A stretch of 58,470 nucleotides of DNA, from the IMG/VR virus record IMGVR_UViG_3300037313_002205, positions 1 to 58,470 of that record, one strand, 5' to 3'. A program made the translations under genes and the position numbers. Of this stretch, positions 26,138 through 36,434 are shown in pieces. A model generated the notes under the pieces. The model was given only the letters and a program-made list of their open reading frames with translations. It searched no databases and was not told where the DNA came from. The DNA comes from a virus. Taxonomy: Duplodnaviria > Caudoviricetes. Numbering within the stretch: the stretch's first letter is position 1; the number at the start of each line of letters is the position of its first letter.

Positions 26138-28999
26138 ATGGAACCCTGGGCAGACATTCTCGCCGGAATCGGCAAAACCAATTCGATCCTTTCGCGCATA
26201 TTGGGCGAGGACCCCGGAAGCGCCGGTTCGCCGATCCGTCATCCCCATGGTGGCGGCTATCGCACCTTCTCGACGCCAGAGAAAGCCGTCAAGGGGATGG
26301 CCGAGACCATCAAGATGTTCCACGGCCATACCGATACCTTTGTCTCCGGGCTCGGCAACATGGCGGATCGCTTGGCCCGTGCGATACCAGTGCTCGGCGG
26401 CTTTGCCACGGCGGTGGAACTGGCGACGGCGGCGTTCAGCGGTCTCCGCGAGGCGACCAAGACGTTCAGCAAGATGACCGACGTCGGTCAGAACTTTAAC
26501 GGCAGTGTTCTAGAAATGATGCGTCAGGTGGGCGAATCCGGTCTCAGTACCGAGCAATTCACCACGATGATGACGAAACAGAGTATGGTGGCTGCCAGCA
26601 TGCTCGACGATGCCGGGAAGACGCTGGAAGCGAGCGGCGAGCGATTGACGGCCGGGACCAACAAATCCGGTAAGGCGATGATGGAGTTCCAGAAGTCGGT
26701 GCGCGGCAGCATGTACGACGTCGGGTTTTTTGGCATGTCGCTCGATCAGCTTACCGATCAGGCGGGCGAGTATTTAGAGACCTACCGCAAGTCCGGTATT
26801 CTCAACATAATGAGCGAACAGCAGCAACGGGACTCATTTAAAACGTTTGTTCAGCAGAGCACTGAATTCTCCAAATTGTTCGGCGTCAGCCGCGAGCAGA
26901 TCATGAAATCGACCACTGACGCGCTGCGCAATATCAACTATGCAGCGTTCATTGCTGCACAACCGACGCAAAACCGCAAAAACATTGAAGACTCAGCGCG
27001 GACCACCGCCGCCTTTCTGTCGGCGTTGCCCGGCGGATCGCGGCTGGCGCAGTCGTTCACCGAACAAGCCGGTATGGGCGGACCGATCAATACCAAGGAG
27101 GGTCTGGCGAATATCGAGACCGGCATGCAGAATTTGAACTACTTGCAGGAGCAACTCATCAACCGCACCAAGGGTGGGCGCACCCCGAGCACTGGTGAAT
27201 TGGTCAATTATACGGCGCAGCGCTACAACGCCATCAAGGGCAATGAGACGAACCTGCGGATGCGGGCGCGTTTCGGCGACACCCACGCGGCGGAACTCCT
27301 GCAAGAAATGCTTGAGGTGCAGGACAAATATATTGATCAACGCACCGGCCGCTTCAATACGCAGAAGATGAGCGCTGATATGGAGGCCGCGAAGAAAGAG
27401 GCGGCGATTACCGAACAACTTACGAAGAATATGCTTGTCTTCGACAGCGCACTGCATGAGGTTACGGGCAGCTTTAAGTCCAAATTCTACGAATCAATCG
27501 CCAAGGCGTTTGGCGGCGACAAGGACTCTGCGGGGTTCAAAAAGACCATCGCACAGTTCCAAAAAATGGCGGAGAGCCTCGGCTCATCCCTTGGGCAAGT
27601 GGCTGGAAAACTAGCAGACACCTTCTCGAAGCCAGAAGTCGTTGATGCCCTTAAAAGAGCAATAGAGATAGTAGCTAGTGTGATCGCCGGCATTACCCCG
27701 GCCGTCGTTAATATCATTAAAGCTTTTGACTGGCTACAGACGGAACTCACCGGCCTCTTTGAGGCGATCACACCGAAATGGGTCGGTGGTTCTGACACCG
27801 CCAAGCTGCTTGGCCTGCTCATGCCGTTCGTGTTGGCATGGGCGATAAAGAGCGCGGCGTTTAAAGGCTTTTTGGGTATGTTGAGCGGCGGTGGTGCCGG
27901 GGGTCACGGTGCTGGTGCGGGCGGCAGATCGCGTCTAGGAAAAATCGCTGGACTCGGCCTCGGCATCGCCGGCGCGACAATCGCGCCTATGCTTGCCGAC
28001 AAGGCGATGGACGCGCTCGGTTTGCCGCAATGGAAAGAAGGGGCGGAAGCTATTGCGACGCTGGTTGGCACCATGATCGTCCCGATGATGCGGCTTGGTG
28101 GCATGGCGATAATGGGGCTGGCGACTGCCATTCGCGTCGCGGGCGCGTTCTTGATAGCCAATCCGATCGGTCTGGCTATTACCGGCATTGCGACCGCCGC
28201 CTTCCTCATTTGGAACAACTGGGACTGGCTGAAAGACAAGTTCGGCTTTCTCTTTACATGGCTGGGCGAGCTTGACTGGGGCGGGATGTTCGCGAGCGCG
28301 TGGCAAGCGGTCTTAGACTTGCCGACGACGATTTCGAACGCCTGGGCGGGCATCAAGACGTTCTTTGCCGACACGATCAGCGCCGCCTGGGAGATGCTAA
28401 AAGACCCGCCCGATTGGTTGCAATATGTGCCGCTCATCGGGCCTGTTGTTGAGATCATAAAGCACTGGGGCGACTTGAAGAATTTCTTCGTTGGGCTGTG
28501 GGATCACATCGGCGCCATTTTTAGTTCTGCCTGGGACAAGATCAAACCGATCATCGAGTCGATGAAGGGCGCGGTCGATTGGGTGCGTGACAGTTGGATC
28601 GGCCAGAAAATCGGTATTGGCACGACGCCCGCGAGTACTACGCCAACCAAACCAACTCCTGTGCCTGCTGCGGCGGCACCAGCAGGCGCTACGACTGCTC
28701 CAGCGCCCGCTGCTGCAAGAACAGCGCCTCCGACAGCGGCGACGGCTCCTGCGACGTCGCAGACCACCGTCGCGGCGCCGCAGGGTGATGTGCGCAGTGA
28801 TTTGGCGAGGTTGCGGGATCAAGATGACTCGTTGGTCCAGAAGCTGGCCGACAGTGGATCGAGCAAAGGAGACGCCGAGGCAGCGATCATGCGCGGTCTA
28901 CAAGAACAGCTAGTGGTGCTGACCGCTAAGCAAACGAAGCTGATACAAGACATCCGCGATCAGGCAACCGGTAAACCGCTGCAAGCGGCCGCCGGTTAA
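26138..28999 (+). CDS. Tail tape measure protein
   Basis: 953 aa Ala/Gly-rich helical protein; ANPIGLAI..IWNNWD and periodic Trp/Phe repeats; TM segments. Confidence 0.85.
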   Translation: MEPWADILAGIGKTNSILSRILGEDPGSAGSPIRHPHGGGYRTFSTPEKAVKGMAETIKMFHGHTDTFVSGLGNMADRLARAIPVLGGFATAVELATAAFSGLREATKTFSKMTDVGQNFNGSVLEMMRQVGESGLSTEQFTTMMTKQSMVAASMLDDAGKTLEASGERLTAGTNKSGKAMMEFQKSVRGSMYDVGFFGMSLDQLTDQAGEYLETYRKSGILNIMSEQQQRDSFKTFVQQSTEFSKLFGVSREQIMKSTTDALRNINYAAFIAAQPTQNRKNIEDSARTTAAFLSALPGGSRLAQSFTEQAGMGGPINTKEGLANIETGMQNLNYLQEQLINRTKGGRTPSTGELVNYTAQRYNAIKGNETNLRMRARFGDTHAAELLQEMLEVQDKYIDQRTGRFNTQKMSADMEAAKKEAAITEQLTKNMLVFDSALHEVTGSFKSKFYESIAKAFGGDKDSAGFKKTIAQFQKMAESLGSSLGQVAGKLADTFSKPEVVDALKRAIEIVASVIAGITPAVVNIIKAFDWLQTELTGLFEAITPKWVGGSDTAKLLGLLMPFVLAWAIKSAAFKGFLGMLSGGGAGGHGAGAGGRSRLGKIAGLGLGIAGATIAPMLADKAMDALGLPQWKEGAEAIATLVGTMIVPMMRLGGMAIMGLATAIRVAGAFLIANPIGLAITGIATAAFLIWNNWDWLKDKFGFLFTWLGELDWGGMFASAWQAVLDLPTTISNAWAGIKTFFADTISAAWEMLKDPPDWLQYVPLIGPVVEIIKHWGDLKNFFVGLWDHIGAIFSSAWDKIKPIIESMKGAVDWVRDSWIGQKIGIGTTPASTTPTKPTPVPAAAAPAGATTAPAPAAARTAPPTAATAPATSQTTVAAPQGDVRSDLARLRDQDDSLVQKLADSGSSKGDAEAAIMRGLQEQLVVLTAKQTKLIQDIRDQATGKPLQAAAG

Positions 29000-29085
29000 A
29001 TGTTATAGTTGATTAGGGGATTGTCTTGGTCTAAATCAGTGAAGTTTTGCACAACTAAATATTTCTCAAATTTGGATTATCAGCC

Positions 29086-32000
29086 GTGACCTGGACGAAG
29101 CATTTTACTCTCATTAAGCAGCATCCGGCGGTCCCACAGCCAGATCGGTCGCAACAGGCGCACTCGACGATGACCGCGCGCACGGCGAGTTGGCTGAACA
29201 TTGCGTATCAGGGCAATCCCCAGCGCATTCCGCGTTACTATCAGTTTCAGGAGATGGACAACGATAGCGACATCAACACCGCCCTCGACACCATCGCCGA
29301 TTTCTGCACGCAGTCGGAAGAACAGAGCGATGAGCCGTTCGAGGTCGCCTTTAACGGCGATCCGAACGAGAGTGAACTTCGTATCATCAAGCAGATGCTG
29401 GCGCGCTGGATCAAGCTGAATAATCTGCGCTCGCGCCTGTGGTATATGTTTCGCGACACTATCAAAAACGGCGATGCGTTTTTCCTGCGCGATCCCGAGA
29501 CGCAGGAATGGCTCTGGCTCGACCATTTCACTGTTGAGTTGGTCAAGGTCGATGAGAGCAAGGGCAAGGTGCCGGATGAATACATCGTGCGTGGCCTGGA
29601 CTACAATCGACAGGCGATGTTTGCGACCAAACAGGCTGATCCAAACTCCTATCGGACACAATTCGGCACGGCCACGGTGCACGGGGCGCGGCCCTTGCCG
29701 GGAATTGTCGCGCCGTCGCAGTTCACCATGGTCGGCGCTGGCACTGATCCGCGCCAGCGCATGGCACAGGGGCCACAATCGCAGGAGATGTGCGTCATCG
29801 ACGCTGACCACGTCATCCATCTGTCGCTGAGTATCGGCAACGATATCAACTGGCCATTTGGCTCGTCGATCCTGGAGCCGATTTTCAAGACCTACAAGCA
29901 GAAGGAACTGCTGGAAGACGCGATCATCATCTATCGGGTGCAGCGCGCTCCCGAACGACGCATTTTCTATATCGACGTCGGGACGATGCCGCCGGAGCGT
30001 GCCAAGCGTCATATCGAGGCGATTAAGAACGATATTCACCAGCGTAGGATTCCGAACAGGGTAGGCGGTGGTTCGAGCATATTGGATGCGGCATATAATC
30101 CTTTGTGCCTGTCATTTGACACGGAAATTCCGTTGTTGGACGGGCGCACACTGACGCTCCAGCAGATAATTGCCGAGTATCAGGCGGGCAAAGAAAATTG
30201 GATATACAGTTGCGATCCGATTACTGGCGCCATCATGCCAGGGAATATAACTTGGGCGGGGCCGACGCGTAAGAATACCGACGTCATCAAAATCACGCTC
30301 GATAACGGTAAAACCTTGACGTGCACGCCGGATCACAAGATACCTGTTCTCGGCCGTGGATTTGTAGAGGCTAGGAATCTGACACCGGCCCACAGCCTGA
30401 TCGCGTTCAACACGCGCAAGAAAAATATCGACCGTAAATTGACCAATGAGCGCACATACACGCAGGTCTATGACCACGCGACCAAAAAGTGGGTTTACGT
30501 TCACCGTATGGTTGGCGAGTTTTTCCGCACATTAGAGAAGCATAACGAGTTCACATTCATTCCCGCATTTGCAGAGAAGGTGAAGAACGTCATTCATCAC
30601 ATAAACTATGACCGATACGACAACGACCCGTCAAACTTGACCTATATGAATAAAGAAGACCACGTTGCCTTTCATGTCGCAAATAAGCAGGATTATTGGG
30701 ATAATCTAACGGTAGATGAACGTTCTCGGATCGCGGACAAAATTAGCAATGGGTTGAAGGATTACTACGCAGGCTTGTCGGATGAAGATCGCGCTCGGCT
30801 CGCGGAAGTTGCATCCGAGCGCAATGCAAAATGGATTGCGAAGAAGCGCGTAAATGATCCTAAGGGCTTCGCTGAATGGCGCACTAAGATCGGCTGCGCG
30901 CGATCGCGCTACTTGGCCGATAATCCCGACGCGGCTCAACGGCTCAACGCGCGACTACGGACGGTGTGTAAGACGATAAAAAATCAGGCATTCGTTTCGA
31001 CGCAGGCCATGTTGAGTATCATCGCACAGACGGTCAATCTGCATAAGTCGAACCGGCTGGAGACGGCGGCACTGCTGCAAAACCATGAAGAGTTTTTGCA
31101 GGAAGTGCGTCGAGCCAATCCAGTAGTTCCTGGTGTGAAGTCAAACATCAATCGGGATGCCATCACTCCGCCTCGGCTTGACAAAATCATTGCGGACTTT
31201 GGTTTTAAAAATTGGAAGGATTTTGCGAAGAAGGCGCCGCTCTATAACCATCGTATCGTGTCAATCGAACCGGCTGGCGCCATGGACGTTGGTACTATCA
31301 CTGTCGATGGTAAGGAGCAGTGGCATCCACATCATACGTTTGCGATCTCAAGCGGCATTTTCGTCAAAAATTCGATAAATGATGATTATTTCTTCGCTTC
31401 CAGCGCCGACGGCAGAGGCTCGAAGGTCGAAACTCTCCCGGGCGGAGAATGTCTATCTCTCGACACCAAAATTCCCCTGTTGGACGGCCGCACACTGCCA
31501 TTGTCAACGATCATCTCGGAATTCGAAAAGGGCGAGCAACTGTGGGCCTATAGCTGCAATCCTGGCACCGGCGAAATCGTGCCGGGCATAATCAATTGGG
31601 CAGGCATTACCCGTCGGAAGACTCAGGTCCTGCGACTGACGTTGGATAATGGGGAATCGATCGTTGCTACACCAGACCATCACTTTCCAGTCGATGGCCG
31701 TGGCAAGACCGAGGCGAAAGATATTTCAGTCGGCGATTGCCTTATCCCTTTCTATTCGCGTCGGACTGATAATCTTGAGCAGGTCTTCGATAACAAGGGC
31801 AAGTGCTGGGTAGATACTCACCGCATGGTCTCAGGCTACCTCGACGGCAGCAGCCAGACCGTTAGGCACATCGACGCCGATACGCTCAACAACGATCCGG
31901 CTAATCTGATGCCGGAAAGTGGCACGAGCGCTAATCCTCCCGATGAGGAGACTTTGATTGACGGAAGCGTCTGCAATCATCACGTCGTCGCCATCGAGTA

Positions 32001-32799
32001 TCTTGATGAGCCAATGGACACCGGCACGATCACGATCGATGGCCTGCAAGTATATCACGGCTACCACACCTTCGCGTTGGACGCTGGCGTTTTCACGTAC
32101 AATTCAACCGGCGAAATATCCGATCTCAGCTATTTCAGCAAGAAGCTATCTCGTGGCTTACGCGTCCCCACGTCCTATCTGAACATTGGCGATGATCAAA
32201 ACACCGGCGTGACCTTCAACGACGGCAAGCTCGGCGCGGCGATGATCCAGGAATATCGCTTTTCTAAGTACTGCATGCGCTTGCAGTCGCTCCTGGCACC
32301 AGTATTCGACAAAGAGTTCAAGCGCTACCTGAACAAGAACGGCATCGAAATTGAATCAAGCCTTTTTGAACTGCGCTTCAACCCTCCGCAATCGTTTACG
32401 CGTTACCGCCAGATCGAGTTGGACTCACAGCGCGTCGGCGTCTATCAGGGCGTCGCCGAGAACAAGAAACTCTCGGAGCGGTTCAAGTTGCAGCGCTATC
32501 TTGGCCTGTCTGAAGACGAGTTGATCGAGAACGAGGAACTGTGGGCCGAGGAAAACGCTGACCGTCTGCGGCGGAAAACAGGTGCCAGTCCGGCGGAGAG
32601 TGACGCGGGCGCTGGCCTGTCGGCAGTCGGCCTCCATCCCGAAGGTGATCTTGGCGGGTTGGACGATATGCCAGCCGCTGATGAGGGCATGGAGGGTCCC
32701 GAGACGGCTCCTGGAGGGCCGGGGGCGGGCGCTGGTGGTCCGATGGGGGCTCCGGCGCCAGCAGCGCCTGCGACCGGTGGTGGTGCACCACCGATGTAG
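29086..32799 (+). CDS. Portal protein (T4 gp20-like) with two inteins
   Basis: LLEDAIIIYRVQRAPERRIFYIDVG; DYFF..GRGSKVETLPGG; LRVP.SYL; about 597 aa after splicing. Confidence 0.95.
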   Translation: MTWTKHFTLIKQHPAVPQPDRSQQAHSTMTARTASWLNIAYQGNPQRIPRYYQFQEMDNDSDINTALDTIADFCTQSEEQSDEPFEVAFNGDPNESELRIIKQMLARWIKLNNLRSRLWYMFRDTIKNGDAFFLRDPETQEWLWLDHFTVELVKVDESKGKVPDEYIVRGLDYNRQAMFATKQADPNSYRTQFGTATVHGARPLPGIVAPSQFTMVGAGTDPRQRMAQGPQSQEMCVIDADHVIHLSLSIGNDINWPFGSSILEPIFKTYKQKELLEDAIIIYRVQRAPERRIFYIDVGTMPPERAKRHIEAIKNDIHQRRIPNRVGGGSSILDAAYNPLCLSFDTEIPLLDGRTLTLQQIIAEYQAGKENWIYSCDPITGAIMPGNITWAGPTRKNTDVIKITLDNGKTLTCTPDHKIPVLGRGFVEARNLTPAHSLIAFNTRKKNIDRKLTNERTYTQVYDHATKKWVYVHRMVGEFFRTLEKHNEFTFIPAFAEKVKNVIHHINYDRYDNDPSNLTYMNKEDHVAFHVANKQDYWDNLTVDERSRIADKISNGLKDYYAGLSDEDRARLAEVASERNAKWIAKKRVNDPKGFAEWRTKIGCARSRYLADNPDAAQRLNARLRTVCKTIKNQAFVSTQAMLSIIAQTVNLHKSNRLETAALLQNHEEFLQEVRRANPVVPGVKSNINRDAITPPRLDKIIADFGFKNWKDFAKKAPLYNHRIVSIEPAGAMDVGTITVDGKEQWHPHHTFAISSGIFVKNSINDDYFFASSADGRGSKVETLPGGECLSLDTKIPLLDGRTLPLSTIISEFEKGEQLWAYSCNPGTGEIVPGIINWAGITRRKTQVLRLTLDNGESIVATPDHHFPVDGRGKTEAKDISVGDCLIPFYSRRTDNLEQVFDNKGKCWVDTHRMVSGYLDGSSQTVRHIDADTLNNDPANLMPESGTSANPPDEETLIDGSVCNHHVVAIEYLDEPMDTGTITIDGLQVYHGYHTFALDAGVFTYNSTGEISDLSYFSKKLSRGLRVPTSYLNIGDDQNTGVTFNDGKLGAAMIQEYRFSKYCMRLQSLLAPVFDKEFKRYLNKNGIEIESSLFELRFNPPQSFTRYRQIELDSQRVGVYQGVAENKKLSERFKLQRYLGLSEDELIENEELWAEENADRLRRKTGASPAESDAGAGLSAVGLHPEGDLGGLDDMPAADEGMEGPETAPGGPGAGAGGPMGAPAPAAPATGGGAPPM
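30106..31371 (+). mobile_element. Portal intein 1 (422 aa) with HNH endonuclease
   Basis: CLSFDT..TPDH..VHRMV..IHHINYDRYDNDPSNL..H; ends VKN followed by Ser. Confidence 0.9.
31450..32103 (+). mobile_element. Portal intein 2 (218 aa) with truncated HNH remnant
   Basis: CLSLDT..TPDH..THRMV..RHIDADTLNNDPANL; ends TYN followed by Ser. Confidence 0.9.
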
Positions 32800-32822
32800 G
32801 CGGTGGTGTGTAACTACGATGG

Positions 32823-33425
32823 TTGGAGAATTTTGGCTTGAGCAATAGCGACACATACGGCAGCAGGCTGGCGGTCCACGACACGACGAGCGGAGACAGT
32901 TATTGCCCGCCAATGGCGCCCTATGATGGCCCAGTCCCTGGATTGGAAAATCAGTTTATCACCTTTACGCCGGATAGTCTGTGCATTGCCGATACAGCGC
33001 CGAACGCGTTTATTCACGCCGGCGATGGCGACGACGCGATCAGTGTGGCGTCGGGCAATAACGTGCTGGACGGTGGACGTGGCTCGAACTTTCTCACGGG
33101 TGGCAGCGACAACGACACGTTCTTTCTCGACTGCCGCAACCCGTGCGTCGATGTCTGGAGCACGATTGTCAATTTTCACCCGGGTGACACGCTGACCATG
33201 TGGGGCATCACGCCGGATAACATGCTGAAGATGGCCGATAAGCAGGGCGCGAATGGCTATCAGGGTCTGACGTTGACGGCCTCCCGTCCAGGAAGTCCGG
33301 ACTGTGGCGTGACCATCTGTGGCTACAGTACCCAGAACGCGGATAAATTATCGGCGAGTTTCGGCCACTCGGCTGACACACCGGGCGCTCAGGGCGCAAA
33401 CTATCTGATGATCACCGCGACCTAA
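32823..33425 (+). CDS. RTX/hemolysin-type Ca-binding repeat protein (start uncertain)
   Basis: AGDGDDAI, SGNNVLDGGRGSNFLTGGSDNDTF, WSTIVNFHPGD. Confidence 0.75.
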   Translation: MENFGLSNSDTYGSRLAVHDTTSGDSYCPPMAPYDGPVPGLENQFITFTPDSLCIADTAPNAFIHAGDGDDAISVASGNNVLDGGRGSNFLTGGSDNDTFFLDCRNPCVDVWSTIVNFHPGDTLTMWGITPDNMLKMADKQGANGYQGLTLTASRPGSPDCGVTICGYSTQNADKLSASFGHSADTPGAQGANYLMITAT

Positions 33426-33469
33426 CGTCAGCTAGATCGGGCAGTTTTCTTCTGCCCGATCGTTGCGCT

Positions 33470-33730
33470 TTACATTGCCGCTCGCAGCCACTCGGGAACA
33501 GGGGCGTCCCACAGATCGACGTTATGATACTTTAGCATCGCGTCCTTGAACAGTTCCCAATCGTCCAGACTGGTCGGCTCGTGGGTGCAAGCGAGGCAGA
33601 CAGGCAGACCCTCCATCTGCTGCTCCATAATGCGATGAACATCGACGCCTAGTCGCCCGAAGCGACCAAGGCACCCGGTCTCATCGTTGATCCACACCGC
33701 CCGCTCGGCGTAAATGATTTTGAAATCCAT
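33470..33730 (-). CDS. Hypothetical protein
   Basis: AGGAGG SD; CLACTH motif. Confidence 0.6.
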   Translation of the reverse strand: MDFKIIYAERAVWINDETGCLGRFGRLGVDVHRIMEQQMEGLPVCLACTHEPTSLDDWELFKDAMLKYHNVDLWDAPVPEWLRAAM

Positions 33731-33761
33731 ACCAACCTCCTGACGACGATGACGCCGTCAC

Positions 33762-34187
33762 CTAGCATGACTCGACCGGCGGCAGCCAATAAAAACACTG
33801 GCTCTCTGGCGTTGCATTGTAGTGCAGGAAGTAATCGGGTCGATTTGCGAAGAAGCGCTGGAACCGGTTCGGCGGTGTCGTCGTCGGGTCCGCGAGGACA
33901 TTTTCAATGTAAATCGGCAGCCGCTGTGCTTCGACGTGAGCCAAAAAGCTTTTGACGAGGCCGCGCCCGCGCAGGTCTGGCTGGGTAATCAGGTTGGCGA
34001 TGTCGATGCATTCACGCATGACGACATCGTCTGCCGAGACGCGAGCGGGCAAAAGGACGCGCCTGCTCGCTCGTACATAGACGTTAAGATAATCATGGTC
34101 GAGCCACGTCACGCCGCTCCAGCGCCCGCGAGAGCGGCGATCACTGAGCCAGTGGAGGAATGCTCGGTGCAGTTTTTCATCGGTCAT
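33762..34187 (-). CDS. GNAT-like acetyltransferase
   Basis: IDIANL...PDLRGRGL acetyl-CoA motif A. Confidence 0.6.
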   Translation of the reverse strand: MTDEKLHRAFLHWLSDRRSRGRWSGVTWLDHDYLNVYVRASRRVLLPARVSADDVVMRECIDIANLITQPDLRGRGLVKSFLAHVEAQRLPIYIENVLADPTTTPPNRFQRFFANRPDYFLHYNATPESQCFYWLPPVESC

Positions 34188-34336
34188 CGCGCATGGTCGC
34201 GCAGGCTGCCGACTGACGCAACCGCCAAGCGCCTCGGTTGCGATTAGCCATCCTCTAACCAGCCTGTCATGAACTTCTTGACAGGTTTGTCGCGTCTCGG
34301 CAGGGTGACGCCGCGAACTATCAGGAGGGACACGTT

Positions 34337-35212
34337 ATGGCGGGCACACTGTATAACTATGTTTATAATTCAACCGACGGCAAGGTGAGTTACTCCGGAC
34401 AAGTCGTTGCCGATTCCTCTCAGGCACAATATAATTATGTGCCCGGTCAGGCATATAAGGCCGTCGATGGAACCTACACGATAGCATCGGGCAATGGCAC
34501 ACCGACCAATGCACCGGTTGGTTCCGTCTATCAGCAAACCTATACGAGCAACGGTACCACCTACGACACCTATCATTATGACGTTGGGTCCAACACGTAC
34601 TACGACGTGAAAACGCAGCCGTATGACCCCACTACGGGGAAATACACGCCACCGGCTACTCCGACCAATCCGAATCCGACGCCAGTTTCGATGTGGTCAA
34701 CCACGGCCGGACTCGGCAGCGAGTATGCCTATGTCAAAGGGCCAGACAACAGCTACCACGTCTACGGCGGTGGCGGCGACGCCTACGCGCAAATCACGCC
34801 GACAGCGCTCGGGACCCACGTCTACGACTACAAGTTCACCTACCCGAACGGCGACTACTATTTGGGCAAGGTCGTCGATGACGGCACCTGGGGTTATAAG
34901 GTCGGGGACGCGGAACAGCACGGTAGCGGTTCTTACAGCATCTACGCCCAGGAGACCTCGCCCTCGCCGGCTGGCGCACTGGCTGGCTACACCTACACTT
35001 TGCTTTATCACGATGCAGCCAACAACACCAACTACGCCCCGTCTGACATCATTCCGGGCACACCCTACTATCAAAAAGCCTCGGGCTACGGCGGCCTTGG
35101 GTCGGAACATGACTGGATTCAGAAGAACGGCGCCTACTATAAGTTTAGCTCGGGTGGATCGGTTGGCGACACCCCGCCGGTGCAAGCAGTGCCGCTACCG
35201 GGCACAACCTGA
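34337..35212 (+). CDS. Tyr/Gly/Thr-rich protein with duplicated domain
   Basis: AGGAGG SD, TTGACA upstream, terminator downstream; GLGSE motif occurs twice. Confidence 0.7.
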   Translation: MAGTLYNYVYNSTDGKVSYSGQVVADSSQAQYNYVPGQAYKAVDGTYTIASGNGTPTNAPVGSVYQQTYTSNGTTYDTYHYDVGSNTYYDVKTQPYDPTTGKYTPPATPTNPNPTPVSMWSTTAGLGSEYAYVKGPDNSYHVYGGGGDAYAQITPTALGTHVYDYKFTYPNGDYYLGKVVDDGTWGYKVGDAEQHGSGSYSIYAQETSPSPAGALAGYTYTLLYHDAANNTNYAPSDIIPGTPYYQKASGYGGLGSEHDWIQKNGAYYKFSSGGSVGDTPPVQAVPLPGTT

Positions 35213-35216
35213 CGAC

Positions 35217-35250
35217 AAAAAAGGCCCCGCAAAATGGGGCCTTTTCTTTT
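35217..35250. terminator. Bidirectional intrinsic terminator
   Basis: A-run, GGCCCC/GGGGCC stem, T-run between convergent genes. Confidence 0.75.
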
Positions 35251-35252
35251 GG

Positions 35253-35480
35253 TCAACACATCGGCGGGGCAGCGTTCTTGCGCGGCAGCAGCACATCGGG
35301 ATCGTTGTCGCGATCCACCAGATAGGCACGCTTGAACAGGCTTCTCCGGCCATTGATCGCGTCCACGGCGGCGCTGGCGTCGCCGTAATGCGCATACGAG
35401 CGATAGCTGAAGCTGTTGGGCTTGACGACGTAGGTCGTCTCGGTGACGCAAATCCAGCGGTGTGCAAAACGCTTGCCCAT
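35253..35480 (-). CDS. Hypothetical early protein
   Basis: TTGACA-N16-TAATAT at 35541-35514; GAGG SD. Confidence 0.55.
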   Translation of the reverse strand: MGKRFAHRWICVTETTYVVKPNSFSYRSYAHYGDASAAVDAINGRRSLFKRAYLVDRDNDPDVLLPRKNAAPPMC

Positions 35481-35614
35481 GGTCACAACCTCTAATCGCT
35501 ATCTGATGGACACATATTACCAGCTTTGGTGAAATTGTCAATCTGATTTTATTCTGAAAATGAATTTTTACCGGACGATCCCATCTGATAAATAACCAGA
35601 AAGGTGTAACCTCC

Positions 35615-35875
35615 GTGAAGCTAATCGAGTTCTTGGATCAGGAAGATATCGACACTGCCCTGTATGATCCGAGTCGTGATGAGGTCGGCGTGCGAACGCC
35701 GGCGGATACGCGCAAGCCGAAATTAACGTTGCGGCATCTCAACCGCTTGAAGAAAATCCGCGCGCTCCAGAAGCTCGAAGACCTGAAGCGCGAGGACCTG
35801 CTCGGCATTATGTATGCCGCCCCGGACGAGACGGCGGGCGGCGGCATGGGATTGGGCGGGCCGGCGCCTTTCTAG
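35615..35875 (+). CDS. Conserved head-module small protein of large T4-like phages
   Basis: DTRKPKLTLRHLNRLKKIR..MYA; TAAATA at 35589. Confidence 0.65.
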   Translation: MKLIEFLDQEDIDTALYDPSRDEVGVRTPADTRKPKLTLRHLNRLKKIRALQKLEDLKREDLLGIMYAAPDETAGGGMGLGGPAPF

Positions 35876-36159
35876 AGGCCGTGTTCGTCCTCAACGGTGA
35901 AGCCAACAGGCTCGGGCCACTCATGATGCTGACCCAGTGCGACGACAGCGGCGGTCAGGTGTGTGCCCCGTTCGTCGTCCTCGAATAGCCCGTCGCCAAC
36001 TGTATTTGCCTCATAGACCAACGTTCCTCCAGGGCCGTCGGCGTGTGCGCGAAAGTGGCCATGCCGCAGACGCAGATAGCCCACCACCTGCTCTCCGAGC
36101 AGCACGTCATACTGTTCCGGGCATGCGAAACAGGTTTTCAGCAACATCACGGTCGTCAT
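35872..36159 (-). CDS. Hypothetical protein
   Basis: TCFACPEQYDV..VGYLRLRHG motif typical of small phage proteins. Confidence 0.65.
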   Translation of the reverse strand: MTTVMLLKTCFACPEQYDVLLGEQVVGYLRLRHGHFRAHADGPGGTLVYEANTVGDGLFEDDERGTHLTAAVVALGQHHEWPEPVGFTVEDEHGL

Positions 36160-36376
36160 GAACGATATCCTCATATCGGTCGGAAACGTAACGCATAACA
36201 CCGGCAGCCAATAAGATATCTGCCTCGCTGCCGGTCATATTTAAGTAGAAGATGCCCAACGCCTTATAGCCCTGCTCCAAGGCTTCTACAGAGACGTTTT
36301 GATCCTCCATGCGGCGGAGCAATTTGACGGCTTTTGTTTGAAACGCCTCCAGGTCGCATGTGAAGCCATCAGCCAT
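36107..36376 (-). CDS. Hypothetical protein
   Basis: GAGG SD, operon packing. Confidence 0.5.
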   Translation of the reverse strand: MADGFTCDLEAFQTKAVKLLRRMEDQNVSVEALEQGYKALGIFYLNMTGSEADILLAAGVMRYVSDRYEDIVHDDRDVAENLFRMPGTV

Positions 36377-36434
36377 GGTTTGCCACCTCGCCCGCAGCGG
36401 TAGGTGCCGTAACCACACAGTCGATCAAATATTG

